Shown here piece after piece: positions 36,080 to 52,272 of a stretch of 64,000 nucleotides of DNA (position 1 is its first letter; every line of letters begins with the position of its first letter). A model generated the notes under the pieces. It did not search any database. It was not told the DNA's origin and was given only the letters and a program-made list of their open reading frames with translations. The DNA comes from the human T2T-CHM13v2.0 reference genome, Homo sapiens. The stretch is from NCBI RefSeq assembly GCF_009914755.1, contig NC_060933.1. One strand, written 5' to 3'. A program made the translations under genes and the position numbers.

Positions 36080-36593
36080 GGCCAGGCATGGTGGATCATA
36101 CCTGTAATCTCAGCACTTTGGGAAACCGAGGCAATTCTCCTGCCTCAGCCTTCCCGATTAGCTGGGATTACAGGCATGCACCACCATGCCCGGCTAATTT
36201 TGTATTTTTAGTAGAGATGGGGTTTCTCCATGTTGGTCAGGCTGGTCTCCAACTCCCAACCTAAGATGATCTGCCCACCTCGGCCTCTCGAAGTGCTGGC
36301 ATTGCAGGCGTGAGTCACGGTGCCCGGCCTTACAAATACTTTTTGAAAAATGATTCGGCAGTGGCGGCATGTGCCTGTGGTCCCAGCTACTCAGGAAGCT
36401 GAGGTGGGAGGGTCTCCTGAGCCCTGGAGGTGGAAGCTGAAGTAAGCTATGATCATGCCACTGAACTCCATCCAGCCTAGGTGACAGAGATCCTGTCAGA
36501 AAGAAGGGAAGAGAAGAGAAAAAGAGAAGAGGAAGGGAAGGAGGGAGAGAAGAAAAAAGAGAAGAAGAAAGAAGGAAAACAGAAGAAAAAAAA
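36080..36593. mobile_element. Chimeric Alu (sense head / antisense Alu / sense right arm) with polypurine tail
   Basis: Sense 36080-36132, antisense 36133-36329, sense ~36350-36500, A/G tract to 36593. Confidence 0.85.
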
Positions 36594-36780
36594 TGTGCAA
36601 GGGTTCTGAGGTGGGACATACTCTGGTGTGTTCAAGGAATGGAGAGGAGGCCACTGCACCAAAGGATTCACTTTCATTCTAAGTGCATTGGGGAGCGAGT
36701 GAAGGATTGTTAAGCAGGGAAGTAAATAGATATGATTTATATCTCAGAATGGTCACTCTGAATACTAAGTAGAAAATGAG

Positions 36781-37111
<331 letters not shown>

Positions 37112-37910
37112 TCAGGAGGCTATTGCAATGGTCCATGTGAGAAAAGTTTGCAATTGGGACCAAGGGTTTGGGAGTGGGTGGACCTGAGATGCATTTTAGA
37201 GTTGGATTCTTCAAGACTGAATACTAGGTTGTTGTGGGGAAAAGGAAGAAGAGGAGGGATGCAGACTCCCCCTGGCAGTGTGCACATGGAGGTACCATTG
37301 ATGGAGATGGGAGGACTGGGAGAGGAATAAATCTAGGGGGACAAAAACTGGGAGTGAGGTTTGGAAAGGTTAAATCTGAGATGCCTGTGAGTCATCCATG
37401 TGGAAATGTCCAGTAATTAGTTATGTCTGGAACACAGAGCAGAGATTTGAGCTGGAGAAATAAATTTGGGAGCCAGGGAAAGATGAAATTCCCTAAAGAG
37501 AGCTTAGAGGAAAAAAAAAAAGGGGCCAGGATTGAGCCCTGGGAAGTGTGGGTCCTTCAATATCTATAAGTGAGGGCGAGGAGGCGGAAGAGGAGGCAGT
37601 GAGACAGGAGGAATGGCAAGAGACTGTGGCATCCTAGAAACCAAAAGGGGGAGGGGTGCCTTGAAAAGGAGAAGAGTAGGAAGTGTTCCTCAGGTGTCAA
37701 GTAAGATGAAGACAAAAGGGGATCACTGGAGAGCTTCAAGATTACAGCTTGGGGACAGGGTTAGACACAGGCAGTAGGCAGTAGAGTGGCATCCTAATTG
37801 TTGGGGCCACTGGGCTTTGTCGTGATCTCTGGGAGACTGTTGGAAGGTGGTGAGGTGGGTAAGGTCTGTGTGGCTGATAGAAAGGACCTGCTTTAGAATT
37901 CAGGCAGTCT

Positions 37911-38196
<286 letters not shown>

Positions 38197-38367
38197 AGTC
38201 AGGCAGTCAGAGTGTTTTCTCTCTCCTTCCCCTGCAGGGGGTCTGTGAAGACCATGCTGACCTGAGCCTGGCAAGATGGTACAGGGGTTCAACAATCCCC
38301 TGCCACATCCTTCTTCAGGCTCTGCTAATTCAGCCGTGTCCCTCTCCCTCTGCCCGTTCCCCTACAG

Positions 38368-38528
38368 GACACTTCACGGCCATGGTATGGAAGAACACCA
38401 AGAAGATGGGCGTGGGGAAGGCGTCCGCAAGTGACGGGTCCTCCTTTGTGGTGGCCAGATACTTCCCAGCGGGGAATGTTGTCAATGAGGGCTTCTTCGA
38501 AGAAAACGTCCTGCCGCCGAAGAAGTAA
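38368..38528 (+). CDS. GLIPR2: GLIPR2 exon 5 coding part (GHFTAMVW...NVLPPKK*)
   Basis: ctacag| acceptor; CAP signature GHFTAMVW (His103). Total CDS 13+109+104+78+161=465 nt = 154 aa + stop. Confidence 0.97.
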
Positions 38529-39912
38529 CTTGTTAAATGTAATGGGAAGGTGGCAGACTTAAGAACGTGGATATGAAGTGCCTAGAACCACCACAACCTG
38601 GCTGTGCGTCTGTCCCTGTGGGTGTATGTGCTTGTGTGTGTGATGCATGTGAGCGTCTCTGGCACACACACTTGGACATACAGTTCTGTGTGCGCTCATT
38701 CTTATTACAGGAGTGAGCAAAGGAAGCATTTACCCCGATGGTTACCTAGACCACGATTATTTGGATTGGGGGGAGGGGGGATCCGTTTTTTTTTTTTAAT
38801 TTTTTGTTATTTCTAAGCAAACCTCTTTTGTACTTTTCTTACTTCTAATATCCATCCCTGGACTTTTTGTATTCCAAATGTTTGTGATGCTGAGAAGTGA
38901 AGTTCATTTTATGTGATCTTCATGCGTCGTAATCTACTTTTGGTAGATAATTAAGATTATTAAACCCTCATTTAAATGTGACATAAAATACAGCTTTAAG
39001 CACATAAATACAAAGCAGCTTCCATCAGGAACATGGAGCAGGCAGGGACTCCATTTTACAGAATTACTGAGATTTCTCAGTTGTAAAACATGATGTCATC
39101 CTGCATGCCTCCTGGAATTCTCCAATGGGGTCGCCAAACAACAAATGGAGAAAAAAAGTTTTACTTCCTTGCATTCTTCTACCTTTAAATAGCAAAGTAC
39201 CACTACCACCACCACCTCTTGCCCCCTTCCCTCTTTTCTTAAACTTCTGGCATTTCAGAGCTCAGCAGGCTACCCCTGGTTTCTGGAGAGTTGGGCTAGG
39301 CCTGAAGCTCCCCCTCCCCCACCTCTGCTAGGCAGCCCAGGCCTGGTCTGGGAGACAGCCCCTCACCCTGCCTGGGCTCTTGGCCAAGCGGCCTTGGATG
39401 GATGAAGTCAGAGAGGTGGGGTGAGGGTGAGCTTACTCAGGGCCCCCAGAGGAAGCCCTCAGCCTCTGCCCTCCCCCCACACAGGGCGGGAGCCCAGGCC
39501 TGTTCCTGGCAGCTGTGGCTGCAGCTGTGCTCCTGCTCCCTCCTGGAATGTGCGACAAGCCCAAATGTTCCGGGGAGGCGGCCGGGGCAGGGGGCTTAGA
39601 AGTGCTAATATGGTTCTGTGTTTTGCCTGAAACGATACCAGGTTCCCCTGAATAGCAACTTTACAAGGTCCATGTGGGAGGGACCAACCCAGATGCCCTG
39701 CTGAGTGTCCCTGAAACCATGGCAGCTCCATCTGTCAAGATGGCAGGGGCCGGAGTGAGGGGGCTGCTGGCTTAACAGCAGGCATCTGGGCAGGCCAGTC
39801 CTCAAAGCAGCTCCTGAAGGTCTGTGTTGCACTGTCACCAGTCTCAAGCTATGCCTCTAATTTCACCAGGGATATTGACTAAGAAGACAATAAAATCTTT
39901 TTCTTTGTGTAA
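38529..39912 (+). other. GLIPR2: GLIPR2 3'UTR
   Basis: Repeat-free sequence from the stop codon to the AATAAA at 39889-39894. Confidence 0.8.
39889..39894 (+). terminator. Polyadenylation signal AATAAA (GLIPR2)
   Basis: Canonical hexamer followed by a U-rich stretch. Confidence 0.8.
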
Positions 39913-40616
39913 TAACCTCCTCCAATGTGATTCATACTTCATTCTCCATGGCTGAGACAATCCGTGACTCTGAATCCCTCTCTCGATTAACCCCAGAATA
40001 CCTGCAACCCATTCCCCGTGGACTGTGTTGCTTAAGTGGCCAAGTTTTAAGCCATCTGACCCACCAGCACAGAGCTGATTGGACTAGAGTGGACACTGGA
40101 TCCAACGGCAGCCAATCACCAGGCTGGCCATGGACTGGGAATTTCAGCTAAGAATTATGGAGAGAATTTACCAGTGGAACTGAAAAAAATAAGGATGCCA
40201 TAAATTGGAATTAGGGCCATGGCAAACCAAAGCTACTTGCAAGCCAAGTTATGAATAGGAAATACACAGAAGCGAAGAAGCCAGTTATTGGAGGTACAAA
40301 AGAGGAGGAGATGCTGAGAATATTCTTGAATGTTCCTGAGTTTTCTAGCTCCAGCCCAAATCTGTATATCTTTAAAATATGCCCCTCATTTTCCTCAGGG
40401 CTTCCAAACAAACTGATATACCAGCCGATAGTCCCCAAAGATTAGAATCATACCATCTCTTCCTAACGGGAGACACCATGAACAGAAAATGTGGCGCCTG
40501 GTAGGAAGCTGACGGTGGGTGAAAAGACCCTGCTGAGATCCTTTTCTGGCCCCACCTGGCAAGCTGCCAGCCAATGAACTTCTTGGTGGCTCCTCGGGTC
40601 ACCCCCCCCACCCCCA

Positions 40617-40642
40617 TACACACACACACACACACACACACA
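40617..40642. repeat. (CA)n microsatellite
   Basis: Direct observation. Confidence 0.95.
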
Positions 40643-41539
40643 ACCAGGTGGTGGAAGCCAGCATGCAGCCAGCCTCTATGGGCTGGAGTTTGTTTCCACA
40701 GTTGGCTGGATTGAGGAAAAAGCTGGACCGGGGAGCTTTCCTGGGCTAAAGAAATGCCAGACAGCAAAGCTGGCTGAGCAGGTGGGCACTAATCTCACTT
40801 TTAAGGATTTCTTGAAGATGGCAAGCCTCACAATCCAAAAAGAACAAGGACAAACCAAACCGCGGCTCTCCTTTGTAGCCAGAGGGCAGAGGAAGAAGAC
40901 AGCTCTCTGGTGCAAGCCTCTTCCTCTCCCTGGGCTTCAATTTATCCACCTGTACGAGGTCTGTCACATGGAGTTAGGTCTATCAGTTCTCTCAGGTCCC
41001 CATGACACCTCCAGACCCAACTTAATGCTGGAAGTGTCTGATGAGAGAGCTCATTCCTGCCTTGGTGCTCTGGGAGCTGAAACAAAAACAAACAGGCATG
41101 GCCACCTCCTCCACTGAAATGCTCCCAAGGCTGAAGCTTGCAGGTGGGAGGGCAGGGGAGAGGACAAAGGAGGTGTGAAGCAGCAGGGCCTGACCCACCC
41201 ACCCCCTGCTCCCGGGTGAAGATGTCCCAGGAGGCGAGATCTGCCAGCCTGCATGTCCATGGGAGCCAGAAGGTGTCTGGCATCAGCACCAAGAGGCCTC
41301 ATCATTCACCCAAGTTGCTGCTGCTGCTTTGCAGAAGGTAAGGGCTGAAGAGGCATTAAGGGCTTAATTATTCTCCCAGGGAGACTGGTCTCCGGAGGAG
41401 GAGGCTGAAATTGAAGTCTACTTCCAATGGGGAAAACAGAAGTTCTTCACTTTGTGCACGTATCATATCCCAAGAGACCGAGTCTCTCTATCGCATTCGG
41501 GCGGGAAGGTGGACAAATTCAGTTTAAAAGGGTATTTTT

Positions 41540-41837
41540 GGCCAGGTGCGGTGGCTAACGCCTGTAATCCCATACATTAGGAGGCCAAGGTGGGTGGATC
41601 ACGAGGTCAGGAGTTCAAGACCAGCCTGGCCAAGACGGTGAAACCCCGTCTCTACTAAAAATACAAAAGTTAGCCGGGCGTGGCTGCGCGCGCCTGTAAT
41701 CCCAGCTACTTGGGAGGCTGAGGCAAGAAATTACTTGAACCCGGGAGGCGGAGGTTGCAGTGAGCCGAGATCGGGCCACTGCACTCCAGCCTGGGGGACA
41801 GAGTGAGACTCCATCTCAGAAAAAAAAAAAAAAAAAA
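41540..41837 (+). mobile_element. AluS
   Basis: Full Alu. Confidence 0.93.
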
Positions 41838-41959
41838 GGGAAGGGGCGTATTTTCAAATAATTTTCAAGTTACCAAATCTAAAAATAAGGAAAAGACTAG
41901 TCTGGAATGAACGGACGAGGGAGGGAGACAATGAGAATGAGAATATGACTAAGCCAGGG

Positions 41960-42870
41960 AGGGAAAGAGCTGGAACGGCTCAGATTCCCGAGGCTGATAC
42001 TGAAATTTCCCGGGAGGGGCACTGAGGACGGCCCGAGGGTCTAGAGTGGGGCTTGGGCCCAGATTGGAGGAGATCAGAGAGGTAAGTCCTTTCTGTACCT
42101 TCTCGCGAATGCCTGGGCGAGATGCAAGTCCAGGCCCTTCTCTGGGGTCTCTTCCCAAAGGCTGGTCCGGGTGGGGCTACTGGGCTCTTTTGCCTCCCCC
42201 TCCCTCCCGCCCGCGGCGCTCCAGCTGGCGCTTATCCCCTTCTTGCACGAACAGCAGTTCCACAGACGCCCCACAGGACTCCGGGAGCCCCACGCCAGCC
42301 AGGAATCTGTCCGAGTCTGCGGGCACCCTCCTCTCTCCCCGCAAAGGACTCGCAGGGGTCAGGAAACCCCCCCAGCTGTTACTGGGAGTCGGAGACAGTC
42401 TTCTGGCCTCTGGAGGGCGCGCCTCCGTTGGGGGCTCAGCGTCCCCATCTGTAAAGTGGGGACAGGTGTGTGTCTGGGGAAATCTAAGGAGTCCTGCAAG
42501 GCTGAGAGCCCCCGATCCTGCCGTTTGAATTCCAGGGTCGCGGCGGACGGCACGGCGCTGCCGCCTTTGCACGGTGGCGCGTGGAGGCAAAGCGAAAAAG
42601 GGGACGCCCCGCGCCTCTTTTCCATCCTGGAGAGGGGTTGGGGTGGTGCCCGGCGCAGAGGCGGTGCGCTCGGGGGCGGGGACGACCCTCCAGCGCCACC
42701 GCGTGGCTGGACTGGGTTCGGGCGGCGGGCCCAGAAGAGACGCGAGGTAGCCACAGCCTCCTCAGCTACCGCGAAACCAGAACCACGATGACCACAAGTT
42801 TTTATGAAGGGAGCAGCCACGAACGCCGGCGCTGGGCGAACTGGTGTAATATGAGTAAGAAAACGGCAGC
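41960..42870. promoter_or_regulatory. Intergenic CpG island with CTCF-like motifs
   Basis: CpG-dense and non-repeat; motifs at 42404-42422 (+) and 42691-42709 (-). Confidence 0.8.
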
Positions 42871-43061
42871 TAGCATTGATTGAGCTTTATGACAAGCCCA
42901 CTACTCTCCAGTCCTTTTCTCATTTAAACTCTAATAATAGGCCGGGCACGGTGGTTCACGCCTATAATCCCAACCCTTTGAGAGGCCGAGGCGGGCGGAT
43001 CACCTGAGGTCAGGGGTTCGAGACCAGCTTGGCCAACATGGTGAAACCTCGTCTCTACTAA

Positions 43062-44429
<1,368 letters not shown>

Positions 44430-45371
44430 AGCTGAGATCGCACCACTGCACTCCAACCTGGGTGACAGAGCGAGACTCTGTCTCAAAAAAATAAAAATAA
44501 AAATAAAAATAAACTCATAATAATCTTTGAAGTGGGTACTACTATCAAATATTAGTTCCATCTCACAGAGGAGGAAACTGAGGTTTAGAAAGTCTGATCA
44601 ACTCGCCCAAGTCCACCTTTGATGGAGAAAGCTGACCCACTGAAGCCCCCAACATTTTCCAACTGGACACTTGGAAATGTTGGGGGAACATTCTAGTTTG
44701 CCAAGGAGCTGAAATCATCCGGTCTTTAAAGACCCTCCCATGCCCCCGTTTGTGGTTAACTCCTTCATCCCTGCTCCAGGGAGTGGCCTCCACCTCTCCA
44801 TTTTGAAGGAGAATGATGTCTGTGGCCACCAAGGTCAGAAGCCAAAGGACAGAGCTTTTCTCTGATGCCCAGGAGCCTTGGCAGGAAGAGTGCTTGGAGA
44901 GTTGAGAGTCAGAGACTGGGGAAAGCTGGGTAGTCAGGAGCTTCCAGAAGGGTAGGAAGAATGCGAGGTTCCCCAGGTTCTGGGCCCTGCTCGGCTTCCA
45001 ACTGGCTATGTGATTTTGGGCAAGTGCCTTCTCTTCTCTGGGCCTCAGTTTCCCTCAAAATGGGAGGATTCTTCTAGGTCTAATAATCTCTTCCCTTTCC
45101 CCACCTCCCCTTATCTCTCCTACACAAACTGCTCCCCACTGCCCCACCCAGACTGGCTCTGATATTCCAGAAGCCTTTAACTACGGTTTGAAAGTCCCAG
45201 GTGGAAGTTGCCGCCCATCCCTGAGGTTCCTCCTGAGCTCTGGGCCCAGGGCTTTAGGTCCTGCTAGGGTATGTGGCCTTGGCAGGTTGGAGAGATCAGA
45301 GGGGAGGAAGGCCCAGTGCCTCTGAGACAGGCCTCAGGGAGGCCTGCATTGTGATGACCTGATCCACTCTA

Positions 45372-45379
45372 TGACATCA
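45372..45379. promoter_or_regulatory. CRE-like site TGACATCA upstream of CCIN
   Basis: One mismatch to TGACGTCA, ~130 nt upstream of the ATG. Confidence 0.5.
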
Positions 45380-45439
45380 TCCTCTCTTCCACCCTCTCTT
45401 CTCCCTGGTCAACCGCTCTGCAAACAACCATCAATCTGA

Positions 45440-47275
<1,836 letters not shown>

Positions 47276-47291
47276 ACATTTTAAGTGGGAG

Positions 47292-47301
47292 AATAAGTAA
47301 A
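47292..47301 (+). terminator. Non-canonical polyA signals AATAAG/AGTAAA (CCIN)
   Basis: Variant hexamers ~20 nt after the stop codon; no AATAAA until the Alu at ~48048. Confidence 0.55.
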
Positions 47302-47951
47302 TGCATTATTATTCACGATTTAATGAGAGAAAGAGAGGAAGATGGCCTGTTGTTTCCTTCTTAGTGTTCCAGTCCATGCTTGGCCCTGAAGGTGGAGATC
47401 CTAGGGGAGGGCTGCTCCCAGTGGGTGGAAACTCAGGGCCACTATGTCATTGGAGGTATCCAACAGGGCCTGGAAAGGAACCCCTGGTGGGTGGAATTGA
47501 GGCCCCTCCCAGGCACTGGCCAAGGCGATGTCTGTCCCCTATTCTGTACCCCTGTGATCACCTCTCAGGCATCTGCTAGATTGGCAGGTAAACATCCACT
47601 CAGAGCTGTGAAGCATCAAGCTCCTCCAGCACCTGCTTCCCTCCGGTCTTTCACAAAAGCAGGGGAGGACCCGTCCCAGGTCTGAGAGAGGAATCTCATG
47701 GCCAGGAAGGAGAAGGTGACCTGGGTAAGACTCAGAAAAGAAGGCAGAAGGAACAGGGGAGGCAAGGTTACTTAGCTTCTGTATTTGCCCATGCAGCTAC
47801 GGTAGTTTGTGTCTCATTTGTGGGAAAGCTGGAGGTTCCTTACAATTGTTTCTACTAAGCCAAGTACATTGAGAACTTTCTCCAGGAATATGAGTCTGAG
47901 GGACTGGGGATAAAAGAGAGGCCAGTAAAGGGAAAAGAAAGAAACATATCC

Positions 47952-48390
<439 letters not shown>

Positions 48391-48721
48391 CAGAATCTAC
48401 TTTTGCATTTGGCAAGCAGCTAGACTAAGGGTGCTAGAAAGCCTGGATCGCTTTAATTCAATCAAGGCATTATATGATTCAAATTTAGGCTTTAGACTAT
48501 TTCCACCTTTATTCTTAGTGTGTAGCCCTTTAGGGTCCCAACAAAAATCACTTTTCTGGGGCTTCCCAACCACATATGACTAGCGTCCCTTCTATCTTTT
48601 CAGTGCTTGCCCTCTGCTGCCCTGGCCACCTCCCTATCCCCTATCACCGCCAGCATCTATCATATAGTAATTTATAAGGATTTATTCTTGCCTTTCTCCT
48701 AGCTAAGATCAATTTTTGCTC

Positions 48722-49037
48722 TTTTGATGTTGTTGTTGAGATGGGATCTCACTTTGTCATCCAGGCTGGACTGCAGTGGTGCAATCATAGCTCACTGCAA
48801 CCTCAAACTCCTGGGCTCAAGGGATCCTCCCGCCTCGGCCTACTGAGTAGCTGGGACTACAGGTGCTTGCCACCACACCTGGGTAGTTTTTTTTTTGTTG
48901 TTGTTGTTTTTAAATTTTTTGTAGTGATGTGGTCTCACTTTGTTTCCCAGGCTGGTCTTGAACTCCAGGGCTCAAGCAATCCTCCCACCTCGGTCTCCCA
49001 AAGTGCTGGGATTACAGGCGTGAGTCACTGTGCCCAG
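48722..49037 (-). mobile_element. AluJ
   Basis: Antisense full Alu. Confidence 0.9.
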
Positions 49038-49428
49038 CATTTGTTACTTTAAAAGGTGGGAACTCTGTCTTACTCTCTCTCACCCAGTACCCTTCAGAAA
49101 TAATTGTGTGGCCCTTGATCTGCCCTGGGAGAGTGCTGAGGAGGAATTCTACACAGGTTAATCTCTGTCTCCCCGAGAATCCAGGGCTCTTTCCTAATAG
49201 GCTGTCAAGTGCTCTCCCCATCCCTGTCACCCCACCCAGGCCAGGGGCTCGCCTCACACTGTTCTCTCCCTTGGCCTCTACTGTCCTGGAAGTCCTGGCT
49301 AGGCTCCTTTCCAATCCCAGACCTTCACCGCTTGGACTTTTTCTGTTCTCAGAGTCTCAGAACTGTTGGCGGAGCTCACTATGCATTCAAATGGTCTAAA
49401 ATGGAATCATTTTTGTGATGGTTAATTT

Positions 49429-49619
49429 CTTTTTTTTTTTTTTTTTTGAGACAGAGTCTTGCTCTGTCACCCAGGCTGGAGTGCAGTGGCACAATCAGCT
49501 CACTGCAACCTCCACCTCCTGGGTTCAAGTCATTCTCCTGCCTCAGCCTCCCCAATAGCTGGGATTACAGGCATGCGCCATCACGCCCAGCTAATTTTTG
49601 TATTTAAGTAGAGACGGGG
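49429..49619 (-). mobile_element. Truncated antisense Alu fused to the L1 5'UTR
   Basis: Alu breaks at gagacgggg and runs straight into L1 5'UTR-like sequence. Confidence 0.85.
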
Positions 49620-51963
49620 CCCTGAGTGAACTTGAAGGCCACAAGGATTACAATTCCTAGGCAAGTCCTGGTGCTGAACTGGGCTCAGAGACATTGGACT
49701 TGGGGGGCATGCAACCTACTGAGATACCAGCCAGCTGGCTAAGGGAGTGCTTGCATCACCCCTTCTACAACCACAGGCAGGACAGCTCACAGCTACAAAA
49801 GAAACCTCTTCCTTCTGCTTGGGGACAGGAGGGAAAACTAAAGGGGACTCTGTCTTGCATCTTGGATATCAGCTCAGCCACAGTAGGATAGGGCACTAGT
49901 CAGAGTCAGAAAGCCTCCATTCCAGGCCCTAGTCCCTACACATTTCTAGACACACCCTGGGCCAGAAGGGAACCTGCTGCCTTGAAAGGAAGAATCCAAT
50001 CCAGGCAGGATTCATCACCTGCTGATTAAAGAGCCCTTGGGCCCTGAAAAACCAGCAGCGATACCCAGGTAGTAAGCTGTGAGCCTAGGGTGAGACTCAG
50101 AGACGTACTGGCTCCAGGTGAGACCCAGCACATTCCCAGCTGTGGTGACCTCAGGGAGAGATTCCTACTGCTTGAGAAAAGCAGAAGGAAAAGTAAAGGG
50201 GACTTTGTTTTGCACCTTAGGTACCAGCTTGGCCACAGTGGGGTAGAGCACCAAGCAGGCTCTTAGGTTCCCCAATTCCAAGCCTTGGCTCTTAAATGTC
50301 ATTTCTGAACCTACACTGGGCCAGAGGGAAGCCCACTGCCCTGAAGGGTGAGTCCAGGCCAGGCCTGGCAGCATTCACCACAGCTGACTGAAGAGCACTT
50401 GGGCCCAGGTGCAGTGGCTCACGCCTGTAATACCAGCAGTTTGGGAGTCCGAGGTGGGTGGATCACTTGAGGTCAGAAGTTCAAGACGAGCCTGGGCAAC
50501 ATCATGAAACCCTGTCTCTACTGAAAATACAAAAATTAACTGTGTGTGGTGGCATGTGCCTGTAATCCCAGCTACTCCGGAGGCTTAGGCAAGAGAGTCG
50601 CTTGAACGCGGGAGGCAGGGGTTGCAGTGAGCTGAGATCACTCCAGCCTGAGGAAAAGAGACAGACTCTGTCTCAAAAAATAAGTAAATAAATAAAAAAA
50701 AAGCACTTGGGTCTTACCTGAACATCAGTAGTAGCCTGGCAGTACTTCCTGTGGGCTTGTGGTGGTGGCTATGGGTTGAGGCTCCTCTGCTTATGGAAAG
50801 GGGAGGGAAGAGTGGGAAGAACTGTGTGACGGCTCAGCAGCAGTGCAATAGGACACCTCTCTGGATCTACCCAGGGCCTGGGGGAACTCGCTGCCCTGAA
50901 GGGAAGGACAGAAGCCTGACTGGCTTTACAACCTGCTGATTGAAGAGCCCTAGGGCCTTGAACATAAGGCAGTAGCTTGGTAGTGGTTACAGAGGGCCTT
51001 GGGTAAGCCCCAGGGCTGTGCTGGCTTCAGGTTGACCCAGAGCACTTCCAGTGATGGTGGCCACAGAGATGCTTGTGTCACTCCACCCCAGCTCCAGGCG
51101 GCTCAACACACAGAGAGAGACTCCATATGTTTGGGGGAAGGTAAGGGAAGAGAACAAGAGCCCCTGCCTAGTAATCCAGAGAATTCTTTTAGATCTTATC
51201 CAGGACCACTAAGGTGGTATTTCTATGAGCAGCATTACTGGGCGTAGGGTGCACCCTAATGCAGATGTGGCTTAGATCACAACACCCAAGTCCTTTCAAA
51301 TACTTGGAAAGCCTTCCCAAGAAGAACGGGTTCAAACAACCCCAGACTGCAAACACTACAGTAAATACCTAACCCTTCAATGCCCAAACACTGACAAATA
51401 TCCATAAGCATCAAGACCATCCAAGAAAACATGACCTCATCAAACAAACCTTAAGGCACCAGGGACCAATCCTGGAGAAACAGAGATATGTGACCTTTCA
51501 GACAGAGAATTCAAAATAGCTGTTTTGAGGAAACTCAACAAAATTTAAGATAACACAGAGAAGGAATTCAGAATTCTATCAGATAAATTTAACAAAGAGA
51601 CCGAAATAATTTAAAAGAAGTTGTTTTTTTTTTTTTGAGACGGAGTTTCGCTCTCATTGCCTAAGCTGCCCATGCCCAAGCAACAAGCTGATCTAAATGG
51701 TGCGATCTCAGCTCACCGCAACCTCTCCCTCCTGGGTTCAAGCGATTCTCCTGCCTCAGCCTCCTGAGTAGCTGGGATTATAGGCATGCGTGAGCAGACC
51801 CGGCTAATTTTGTATTTTTAGTAGAGACGGTGTTTCTTCATCTTTGGTCAGGTTGGTCTTGAACCCCCAACCTCAGGTGATCTGCTTGCCTCACCTCCCA
51901 AAGTGCTGGGATTACGGGCATGAGCCACCGTGCCAGGCCCTAAAAGAAGTTTTAATTATTCTT

Positions 51964-52272
51964 TTTGTTTTTTTTTTCTTTTAAGACGGAGTTTTGCTCT
52001 TGTTTCTTGTTGCCCAGGCTGGAGTGCAGTGGCACAATCTCGGCTCACTGCAGCCTCCACCTCCCGACTCAAGCAATTCTCTTGCCTCAGCCTCCTGAGT
52101 AGCTGGGATTACAGGCACCCACAACCACGCTTGGCTAATTTTTTTGTATTTTTAGTAGAGACGGGGTTTCGCCATGTTGGCCAGGCTGGTCTCAAACTCC
52201 TGGCCTCAAGTGATCTGCCTGCCTTGGCCTCCCAAAGTGCTGGATTATAGGCATGGGCCACTGCACCCAGCC
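51964..52272 (-). mobile_element. AluS, left breakpoint of the inversion
   Basis: Antisense Alu whose head and tail flanks are not a matching TSD pair. Confidence 0.92.

Noticed and set aside
42046-42883. ORFs of 100-206 aa in the second CpG island
   Set aside because: Low-complexity GC-driven frames on both strands; no recognisable protein
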